This document shows positions 51,507 through 64,000 of a stretch of DNA of 64,000 nucleotides, piece by piece. Position numbers and translations under genes: made by a program. The first letter of the stretch is position 1. Every line of letters starts with the position of its first letter. The stretch covers positions 879,017-943,016 of the forward strand of contig NEEC01000023.1 of NCBI GenBank assembly GCA_002189035.1, given 5' to 3'. The DNA comes from Utricularia gibba. Its lineage: Eukaryota > Plantae > Magnoliophyta. The notes beneath the pieces are model-generated. The model did not search any database. It was not told the origin of the DNA and saw only the letters and a list, made by a program, of their open reading frames with translations.

Positions 51507-51925
51507 AAGGAATACAGAGAGAGCACCAAAGCCGGAAACAGAAAGCTTCGAAAGTTGAGTGGTTTACATATGACAACAGTGGCCTTGGGAGTTAAGAAGA
51601 GATAAAATAGGAAGAAATCGGATTATACGGTTCACTTGAAATTTCGAGACAGAAGCAACTGCCAGTGCTGGCTGATCTCTTATGCTATCCTGTTTGTGTG
51701 GGAGGGAAGGGGGGTGGTGGATGGCCGGGGATGAAAAGTGTGGGTTTCCATTTCCACGGGCCATCCATGCAATCCAAAATAGTAGGCCCTTTCCTTTTGT
51801 AACCCAAACCTATGGGCCATGAAGGGTAGGCTCCTTACTCTTGAAACCCAAAACATTAAGGCCCATTCATTTTTAACCTACTCAAAACCCAGTTCCTACT
51901 AAGCAGATTTGGAGGTAGCTCCGTC
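51507..51925. promoter_or_regulatory. Probable bidirectional promoter between PPR10-like and SNRNP27
   Basis: Divergent ATGs 419 bp apart; site II TGGGCC at 51813-51818 and GGCCCA at 51860-51865. Confidence 0.55.
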
Positions 51926-52567
51926 ATGGGCGACCGCCGTGACCGGGACCGAGGCCGCCGAGACGTCGAGCGGGATAGCTATAAGGTCAGATATCGTGAC
52001 CGAGATCGGAAGAGATATCGAGAAGACTATGAACTGCACAGAGACCGAGACCGAGATCGAGACCGAGACCGAGACCGTAGCAGGCGATCTCGCTCCCGAA
52101 CCCCAGACCGAACTCGATCTCACTTTGCTCGGTCCCGGACTCGCTCTCCGGAAGAAAGAGATCTGGAACGCTACAGGGTCAGACGCCAAAGTAACCATCC
52201 GTCGCGCTCACCCTCGCCTTCCCGCGTGACTCAATCGCCTCCAAGGAAGCGACACAAGGACAATGAAAACGTTGTTTCTAAAGACAAGGAAAAGCACAAG
52301 GATGGTGCCCTTTCGAAGAGCAAGAAACCAGCTGAAATGTCTGGGGACATTGCGGCCAACAGAACAGATGAAGGCGAGATAGATGAGGATGAGATGGAGC
52401 TGATGAAGAAATTGGGGATTCCAATGGGATTCGATTCCACCAAGGGGAAGCCCGTCCCTGGGAATGATGTCGGCGCCGTCAGGAAGGTTACAAAGCGGCA
52501 GCCACGGCAGTACATGAACCGCCGTGGGGGTTTCAACCGCCCCTTACCTGCTGAGCGGAATCGTTGA
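51926..52567 (+). CDS. SNRNP27: U4/U6.U5 tri-snRNP 27 kDa protein, intronless (213 aa)
   Basis: RD/RS-rich N-terminus; C-terminal MKKLGIPMGFDSTKGKPV...KRQPRQYMNRRGGFNRPL. Confidence 0.93.
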   Translation: MGDRRDRDRGRRDVERDSYKVRYRDRDRKRYREDYELHRDRDRDRDRDRDRSRRSRSRTPDRTRSHFARSRTRSPEERDLERYRVRRQSNHPSRSPSPSRVTQSPPRKRHKDNENVVSKDKEKHKDGALSKSKKPAEMSGDIAANRTDEGEIDEDEMELMKKLGIPMGFDSTKGKPVPGNDVGAVRKVTKRQPRQYMNRRGGFNRPLPAERNR

Positions 52568-53180
52568 AAAGGAACTTAGTTTAACTTTTTCTTGGCTTAT
52601 AAATTCGTCGGGATGAATCTGGGTGTTTGGACTGTATTCTGTTGTGAACGTGCTTTTGATTTCTGAATTCTTATCCTCAGCGAATTCTTCACCTGAACTT
52701 GACGAAGGTAGCACCTTTTACGCACTATTGTCATGAAATCTTAGTTACCTTGCTCGTATTGATGCACTGTTGGCTACCATGGTGTTCAGGATTTCCAATC
52801 AGAAGGTGTAGTGAGTAGTAAAGCGTGTTAATTATGGTTCCTACGGTGATGGATTGATGAGATATAACTTCAAAATGGAGATGCCCCTTTTAACCTACTC
52901 GAGACATTTTCTTTTGTGGCTAGCTCGACATAGATGATAGGGATGACATTAGTGTAGGTGCAGTCTTACTGTGGACCTGTGGTATAACGCTTTTGCAGCA
53001 CACTAATGCACTCCTACTTTACTTGGGATATTATTCTTGCGATTGAATATCCTGCATCTTGGATAATATGATTATTTTATTCTAAAATTCTTGCAATCTA
53101 AAGTCTTAATACGGCAAGGATATTTAAAGGACAGTGCCCAGCCTAGTGGTTTATATTGGGGCCGGGGTCTCCCTTGGCGA

Positions 53181-55226
<2,046 letters not shown>

Positions 55227-57629
55227 TCAATTGAGTTGAGATCCTCAGTGTGATGTGCCATTATTTATAGACAGAAAAACCGTAACTAATAGGGCAGTTA
55301 GATTTTATTTGAAAATTAAATTTGGTAAAATTTACTTATAAGGAACGTATTTTGTCCAAAACAATGGTTGCTAGGCATCCGAGTTGTATTAAACAAACAA
55401 ATGCAAAGGCCTTGTTTTGGTTATCTCATTCCATCTAATTTTCATATCTGGTAAGAGAGTGAAATTGGCAACGTTGCTAAGGAGTTATGGTGTTTATATG
55501 AATATCATCATCATTCGTTTAATGAGCCTTTTTAGGAATGGATACTCAAGTACGGTATTGAAAACATGCGGTTACTACAATATTTGGTTTTTGGAAAGGT
55601 CATTTGGAGTTTCGGCAGGATCCAAAGAATTGTAGGGCAATCCTTTCCAACTGGAACTGGGTGGGTCTATGCATCTAAAGATATAGACACTGCACTGCAC
55701 CTTTATTTGAGGGTTGTATGAACGAGTTGTAACACGAAAAGTTGACAAGTAAGATGTGGCTGGCCAAAACCCTAGAAACATTTCTTACTGAGTGTGGCCT
55801 TTGGCTAGGCTGGCATCCACCTCTTGTAGGAATTCCACAACCTTCTGAATGGCGCTTCTAATTTGTTAAGTGAACTTGCAAACCAAAATAGTATTCAAAG
55901 CTGTGTCGGGTGGATGGATGGTTGTTTGGTTATTGCTTGAACACCAAAATTAACTTGCTCATGGACACAACAAGTCCTCATAATGCTGCTGCTGCTATTG
56001 GACATGAGAAAGCCATAAAACAAAAACAAAAAAAAAAGTTTTCTTTAAGGAACCTCAAACTCATTATTTATTTTTAACCTCTGGAAGCTGGTTACTATTA
56101 TAATGTATTCAAGGAAAAGGATGCTAAGTACAGTGGAAAGGCGAGGGTGAAGGATGGAGGAGAAAACGAGGGTTCAGAGTTTGGAATTTAAGTGCCTTGA
56201 TGAAGGAAGCGACGGCCGCGATGTGAAAATGTGGGGCGTGGGAGTGATGGTCCCACCCTCACCCCCATCCCACGACATCAATCTCTTTCTCAGCATTTAT
56301 CTTCGAGGGTATATTTATTATATTTAGCGCATCATCCCCATCCCCAATAGGAATTAGGTATAACAACATCAGTTTCTCGTTTCAGTTGTGCGATGGATAG
56401 TACTAATTTTGAACTGCTGCTACCCTCAGACAGACAAAAATTAAATTAAGATATGGTTCAGTACCCAGCCTGTAGTAAAGTGTACCTTATTTCGATAATC
56501 ATAAAACTGTTTCACTAGTAAAATACACATCATTCATAGTTGATCAGATTTCACCTCAATCTAAGCTTGGTAATCGTCGTGGTTGGTGGCGGACACAACA
56601 TCTATTCCTTGATTTGATGGGGATGACTCCCCGTCAGTCTATTCAATCAAAAATAAGCTTTTCTTTTTTGTTTTCTGATGCTACAAAATCCATCCTTGTG
56701 CACTAAGATTTTAGGAGAAGCCAAATTTGACTTCCACATTGATTTGTAACCACATCTGGTGTATCGCACATGAGTAAAAAAAAAAACTCTGTATCGCTCG
56801 CATTTTCTGTTTCATCATTCCTTTAATCTCATCACTAAACATCCATCCACAATTCGGTCGCACTTACTAAATGGATTGCTCAACATTTAAAAAAAAATGT
56901 ATATTTTTTTAACCCACGCCTGTCAAGCATCATCCTTTTACTCTTTAGTATTCATTATGAAAGTTACACTGGGGATAACGATGAGTCCCCCACAGAATGA
57001 GGGGAACTTCATCTGGTCCTCGTGGATGACAAGTGACCAGAGTTGCGAAAGAATCGTGTGGTCCTGAGTCAAACTAAACAACAAAGAGAATATGCTATTG
57101 CAAAAGGAGAATGGATTCAGTTAGAAAAATAAACTCCAATATCATTATTCCTAGACAAGATAAAACAGTTGCAGTACACAAAATCCACAGTAAGTACCAC
57201 GTTACGACATTTGAAAATCGTGAGAATCCGAACCCTCCACCTCCTTATGAAGGGGAATAGCATCAGATCATACGTATCCTTTCATTGGTTTGTTAAGCAA
57301 ATGAGGCCACTCCATCTCACTTGCCCAGAGGCGGATATCTGTGCTAAAAAGATTATTTAAATTTGGTTTCCTGTCCTACTTCATCCATTCCGTCGAATTT
57401 ATGCTGATAATAAAAAATTCCTAAAGTAAAAACACATTACAAACAAATGTCATCCGAAACGCTAAATACTAAAAATTAAATATATTGGATATGCCGAATA
57501 ATGAATAAGTAAACAATGGAGACTATTCTATTGGATAGAAACACCACCGGATAAATGGTAATATCATTCCAAGTTAAAGTTGCAAAAAAGTCAAGACGCG
57601 AGATCATTCATGAGAACTCCTCAGATTTT

Positions 57630-60600
57630 CTACTCCAATATCGATTTTGCCTTCTTCGTCTTCTTCTGCTTTTGCTTGAGCTGAGTGAGGCCTGGTGCTG
57701 AAATCTTTACATTTCCAAGAATGGCTGCAACGATCTCGGGGTCTGTGCATGCCTTCATTAGCTCTTTTTCTCTAGCTGTTGCCTCTGGCATCCTGGTGAA
57801 CAAATTCATGGCTGTCTTGGCAGCTGCGTCAAAGCTCACAAAACAAATGTAAACAAGGGTGATGGTAAAACTAATAAAACAATGGAGATGGGAAGCATAA
57901 AGGACGTACCTTTTCCTTTCTTTAATGAGCCAGGGATTATCTTCACCCGGTATTTGTATGACTGTAATGCATTGTAGGGTCCGCAAACCGGTATAGCATA
58001 TAAGAGGGCATCGTTAAGTAATGGGTTTCCGGTGAGGTAGTCCACCTCGTTTAGTTTCTCTTTCTCTTCTACGCCGATCTCGAGAATATCATCTTCATCC
58101 ATGGCAACCTTGTCGACCTCATCGCTAACAGAACTCTCTGTCGTGCCATCTGGCTTTATTTGCAAGACTTGTGATGTTTTCTCAGGGCAATCCTTGGACA
58201 TATGACCAGCTTTCTTACATTTGTAGCATACCTTTGTCGCGTCTTCAGGCACTGCAAATGGGAGGAGACATTTGTATGCATTAGCGATCGACATGGAATG
58301 GAGTAAAAACAATTAAACATAAAAGAATTTGCAGAAATAACTACAGTCCATTGATATAAAAAGTTTCCAAAATAGTCCAAAGCATACATCTACCAAATAC
58401 AGCTCCCATTATCGGTCAGGAATATTTTACTTCACATGTGCTTTTCATGCAGCTCAAGTGCAAACTAGAAGGATTTCCTAAGCATCGGACATTCTGAGCA
58501 AGTGTGAGGTTCCTAAAAAAAAAAAATGATCTGGAAGCCAATTAGATCACTACCCCTAGGCACAATGGCTTCTTTTTGTTCACTTGCTTTCGCATTCTCA
58601 TCCTTGCCAATGTCCTTTTTTGATGTCCCAGCTGCCTGTACATTAATTTCAACAAAAAAAAAACATATTATTCGACAATACAATGGAAAGTGTGGTTTTG
58701 AGTGTGTTTCTCTTTGAATCGAAAACCAATACATTTTTTTTAAAAAAGCATATTCACGAAGGAAACTAAGAATCACTTTTCTGACTATACTGCAACAAAA
58801 CTTACTGCTATTTGGGCCATTCTAATGCTACGCTCCTCATCATCTTGATCAGCGTACTTTTCCTTTATCTTCTTCAATTTTCCTTTTTGTCCCCGGGTAA
58901 TTTTTCCGCCACACGGCAATGAAAATTTAGCGGAGTTTTCTGGAAAAATTTCCGTATGATAGTTTCCTTCTGTTGATTTTTCATGCTCAGTGGATACTCC
59001 ACTCTCACCATTCTTCGTACCCTTCTTGAGCTTTCTTCTATCAGCTTTTGAGATACAACTTTTGTCCCTCTGTACTGGTTTTTTTATTTCAAGGTCATAG
59101 TCCTTCACAGATGTAGTGGCTGAACCCAACCTGAGGGCTCCATCAATCAAGTCCTCCAAATGCGTTGGGGTAGAAGAAACCTTTATTGAGTCGGATCCAT
59201 CACTGATGTATTTTAAAGCCCCATCATTTTCATCAAATGATTTATGTGCGATGGTTGCACTAGATGATATAAAATCATTACTGGTGGCTACCACCGGGAA
59301 ATCGAAACTTGAAGAGTCTAAATCTTTCACTTCAAATGAAGTTTCCTTGTTGGAATCGGAACCAGATTCAGATATTTCTTCCAAAGTTTTGGATTCATCA
59401 ATGCCATTGAAACCTTCATCTTCTCCTCTTACCCTTCTTTCGTTCAGATGAAATCCCAAAGAACTCTCATCCATACGAAACAAAATACCAAAACCCATAA
59501 CCAGAGGGTGTGGAGGAAGAAAGTTCTTTTTGCCGCGAACCATGAAACTTCCAACTGTAAGATACTCACCTGTCGGTGCTGTCTTACTAACTTGGTGAGT
59601 GTAAACCCACCATGCACTAGTGACGATTTTTGAGTCCCATGCTTGGCTGTGGCACACCTATATAAAAAGCAGGTATCATCTGTCAACTTGATGATTTGAG
59701 CCAGGACTGCTATGGAGAGTATCAAGAATAAGAAAATCTAAAGAGCTTTACAGTGAAACATCCTGCTTGGTTCAAAGTGAGCGGAGGAACAGGAAGATCA
59801 GGCTTATGATTCTTGATGACTGTACTAGAAGCTCCATGCAAATCTGCATGTACATACCTAATTTAAAGTAAGTCAAAAAATCAGATGGTGGAATTTTATT
59901 CTGGAGTTGATGGCGTTGGGAGTTAACAAGAAAGAAGGTTATTCACAAAGAACAAAACAAGATTAAGAAAATAGTGAAGGACAACAAAAGAAGTGATTAG
60001 CCAAATTTTAATGCACTTACAGATCTCCCTTTGACATATAACGTTTCACTATCATCTCATTTTGTTGAGCATCTCGACCACTGATTACTAAATAATTTTC
60101 ACTGCTGATGAACCAGTTGAATTTTTCAAACCAGTGAACCTTGCGCATATGTGCAACCATTGCAACTGTTTTTTCCTGAAAAGTGAGAAAGCAACTTAGA
60201 ACATGAAATAAAGTCACTAAAAATTGTTTGAAAACATATGACAACGGCAAACACTTTTACCCACTTTTTGAAAAATTTCTTCAGCACATCAAGCGTATGA
60301 TAAGAACATTGATTAAGCTTGATACGCTAGGCAATTGCTGTTTGTTTTTTCTCTATTAAGCAAAAAATGGGACTTGGCACTACCTGAGAAAGCTGCTGAC
60401 GAGTTTTTCGTTCAGCAGCTTTAAAAGCTTTCTCATGGGAAGTAATGGTCTTCTCCTGCTTACTTTCTTGTTTCTTCTTCATTCCATAATAATGACGTGC
60501 ATTAGCATGAGCAGACAGAGCAAGATCCACTTCAACCTGAAAAATCGATATGCAATTATACATCTAAGTGAATTGAAGTTCTGGACATTAATATTTCTTC

Positions 60601-63043
60601 GCTTACTCAAAAACTAAAAAATCCATAGACAACTCATAAAGAAGGAGGTATGTGCAAGTCAAAAATCATGAGAGCAACCTTACATGTAATGCATCATGAT
60701 TAACTTAACACAAACCATAGATGTAATACTTAAAATAACTGTCATTGCCTTGCTAACGGGTTGTGTTTTCTCATCATCATCCATCTCATCAAGATTATTG
60801 CTTAAAAGCAACGTTATGCAGTTTCTTTCCAAGTGAAGCTTGTCAATGAGGCCAGCAACAGGGTTTCCAGCTTTCTTCTCTTCTTTAACCATATGAGCTA
60901 GATCTAACCAGCTCATACCATTTGCCAGGGCAACACGAACAGCCATAATGGCAGAATCCACATCTTCTAAATTGTATTGTATAAGTGCGGCCATTTTGAC
61001 ACTCTGTTCAACCACTTTCTCTAGTGCATGCACCCGGTTTTCCTATAACATGAATGATAGCTTCTCAACACAGTAGCGCGTGACTAAATAATACAGCCAC
61101 ATATTTTAAGTTGAAGCAATGATTTTATCTCACTTAAACCAATCTTGCCTCATATGGAAAGCTTCACAAGGATGCCACACTTCATGCGTTCATTAAATAA
61201 TGACATATAATACATGTAGATCATCTTTACCTGATCGAGTTTAATTTTCTCAAGTTTATGCATAGCAGAACTCTCTTTCGCCTTTTGCTGTTGTTCTGAA
61301 CGTTGGCTTTCGATTTTGCTGTAGAACTCATCCAATGCGGCATCAAATGTCTCTAGCTCAATATGATCTCTGCTTTTGAATTGATTCATTAACAAAGGGC
61401 AGAATTCATCATACATCTGAAAAAGACGAAGATGATAATATAAAAGCCATACACGAAATAAACTAAGTAAAAAGGTGGACATAAGCATGTCTTAAAAAGA
61501 CAACCTTCTCAGACATTGTAGCATCATAAACTGCATCACTTCTTTTTCCAAAAATCTTTTGCTTCATCAGGATGTACCCTTTTGGAATTTTCTCACCAGA
61601 AATAACATTAGCTAACCAATCCTCAAAGCGCACTACAGCTCCAACAAGCATCTCAGTACTCTTACTATCTAACTTAAAGTTCTTATCAACTTGTGTACTC
61701 GGGATCAAACCAGCATCCAGTATCATATGTTCAGACAATGCCGGCCCATAACCTAAGACTTCCCCAAGAACCACCTTCAGAGTCGCCTGCTTAGCACGAG
61801 GGTTAATGATTTTCTTCAACTGATGATGCAACATACCCTGTGTTTCATATTTTGCCTTCACTTCATCTAAAGTATCACCTTCAGGTTCAACACATTCATC
61901 CTTTTGACCCTCAATAAAAGATTCAATGCCTTTGTACATCTTTTCTGTAGTTGTACGCTGAAAGACTCGAGACTGTTCAACTGGGTATCGATGGCGTGAC
62001 ATGATTGCAATGCCCTTATTGTCATCCCTGTTATCAGCATAAAATTATAACAAACCAGGAAAAAGAATAACATGACCGTCAACAAGTTGCACATGGTCCC
62101 TCGCCCGAATTGGCAAAGTGAATGAGGCACTGACCTATGAGAGCGAAGAAGTGTCAAAACAGTAAAATCAGCATCTGTGAGAAGAATATTTCCTTGTGCA
62201 TATAGTTCCAGAATGATATAATGAGCATTAGCACCCAGTCCAAATTGGAAAAGTATTATCTGCACTATCAAATAAAGATTCGGCTTTAAAGAAATGAGGT
62301 TACCAAAAAAGCCCATGTAATACGGAACTATGAAATGCAGAAATTGTACCCTATCATATCCAAGCTGGCGCACATCCTCCAGCCTTCTTGTTCTAATATG
62401 CTTTCTTAATTTCATAGTAAATCCCAAGGGTGTATTGCTTTTATCCCTATCAATGAGTCTTGTCAGTTCTTTTTCTTATAAAACATGAAACATAACACAT
62501 TCTACGTATCAAAAGATACATCCAAGATTGTCAAGTACGAGATTCAAGAATTGATTCACATATTTTCGAGGCACTGTAACATTACCAAATACCTCAATGA
62601 CCCATTTTTAGTCCATCAACGAAAAAAATCATCGACAAGAAACTTGTTAAGATGACCCAGAACATGGATGTCAAGTAAAATTTATATCTTAATATGGAAA
62701 TAATAATCATTACATGGAAATCCGATTTAAAAAATGACCTCAAAAAAACGGTTGTATGAAGCCTGATACCACTTTCCATCAGAAGAAGAACCTTCTCGCT
62801 CTCCCCCGACTCGGTCACTCCACTGCTGCTAATCAGCTTAAACACATACGTCTAGCAAGTGGTGGACTCGATCAGTATGCAAATCATGGATAGAGAGTGA
62901 AGGAATTTCGTTTAAAATCTTGCATAGTTAAGTCATACCTTCGGATTGAGATCATAAACGTTGGAACAACGCATACCAATCAGCCGGCGGAGGCACTTCA
63001 CCTCCGCAGCGACGTCAGCGGTGTTCATCCGAACCTTCACCAT
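57630..63043 (-). CDS. NEMF: Ribosome quality control factor NEMF/RQC2 (EMB1441-like) with zinc knuckle, multi-exon
   Basis: [150 protein letters not shown]. The exons I checked are in frame. Confidence 0.95.
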
Positions 63044-63480
63044 CGCAATTTTCTCCCTCAAACCAGCAATCCAGTGGAAATTTCTTATTTTCAACGAGTA
63101 CGACGAGACAACACCCGTCTAGCGTCACAACCTAGAAGTGGGACGTCAGGGCTCCAGCTCAGATAAGGAAGCGGTGCAAGTGTGCTGACCCTTTTAAAGC
63201 CAATTCCTAAGAGAATAAAATATTATTTAATAATCACATTTACCTCCCAAGTATTTACTTAATTTCCTAGTGTTACACTCCGTACGTGGACTATCTCACT
63301 CGGCTTTAGCAAAATATATAGCTGAAGAAAAAATGAACCATTAGATTGCAACATTAGTCGGCCATAGAATAACGCCTCATCATGTAAAGTAAAATTACAT
63401 ACTATGGGCTTCGTGATCTAAGATCTACACTTAAAATTTTAGGCATAAGAGTTGAGAGATTTAGAATTCATGGGTCGGGA

Positions 63481-64000
63481 TATAGGGTATAAGGTTTAGG
63501 GTTCAGGGTTTAGGGTTTAGGGTTTAGGGTTCAGGGTTTAGGGTTCAGGGTTTAGGGTTTTAGGGTTTAGGGTTTAGGGTTTAGGGTTTAGGGTTTAGGG
63601 TTTAGGGTTTAGGGTTTAGGGTTTAGGGTTTAGGGTTAGGGTTTAGGGTTTAGGGTTTAGGGTTTAGGGTTTAGGGTTTAGGGTTTAGGGTTTAGGGTTT
63701 AGGGTTTAGGGTTTAGGGTTTAGGGTTTAGGGTTTAGGGTTTAGGGTTTAGGGTTTAGGGTTTAGGGTTTAGGGTTTAGGGTTTAGGGTTTAGGGTTTAG
63801 GGTTTAGGGTTTAGGGTTTAGGGTTTAGGGTTTAGGGTTTAGGGTTTAGGGTTTAGGGTTTAGGGTTTAGGGTTTAGGGTTTAGGGTTTAGGGTTTAGGG
63901 TTTAGGGTTTAGGGTTTAGGGTTTAGGGTTTAGGGTTTAGGGTTTAGGGTTTAGGGTTTAGGGTTTAGGGTTTAGGGTTTAGGGTTTAGGGTTTAGGGTT
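63481..64000 (+). repeat. Telomere: (TTTAGGG)n, G-rich strand 5'->3' toward the window end, with degenerate proximal units
   Basis: TATAGGG 63481-63487 and TATAAGG 63488-63494, then about 72 heptamers to 64000. TTCAGGG at 63502, 63530, 63544; TTTTAGGG at 63558; TTAGGG at 63636. Confidence 0.98.

Noticed and set aside
55767-55774. Single telo-box AAACCCTA in the GH9B upstream region
   Set aside because: An isolated 8-mer, expected by chance in 64 kb; not an interstitial telomere.

Overview
Right end of a plant (eudicot) nuclear chromosome: gene-dense euchromatin running directly into an Arabidopsis-type (TTTAGGG)n telomere at about 63.5-64 kb. I support 22 protein-coding genes in about 63 kb (roughly one per 2.9 kb, short introns): HECATE-like bHLH, SOQ1, PIG-Y-like, GONST3/GGLT1, HMGA, CEL1-type GH9B, kinesin PAKRP2, EDA6-like, VIP1/RSG-like bZIP, actin, AVT1A, PNSB2/NDF2, CHCHD2/10-like, PIN1/SoPIN1-like, GIP1/MZT1, a conserved 79-aa protein, RZF1-like RING, UBA2-like RRM, PPR10-like, SNRNP27, a second GH9B and NEMF/RQC2. 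There is one decayed Ty1/copia relic. I saw no tRNA, rRNA or CRISPR. The dominant anomaly is ten frameshifts in eight otherwise intact genes. Each is repaired by adding one base to a 3-5 nt homopolymer, which most likely reflects long-read consensus error rather than biology. Other notable points: two small genes invisible in the ORF track, a U12 AT-AC intron, four GC-AG intron candidates, and a ribosome-quality-control gene whose start codon is about 440 bp from the telomere. I did not find a convincing new multi-gene system. Family assignments come from recalled protein motifs, not database searches, and the species cannot be established from this sequence.
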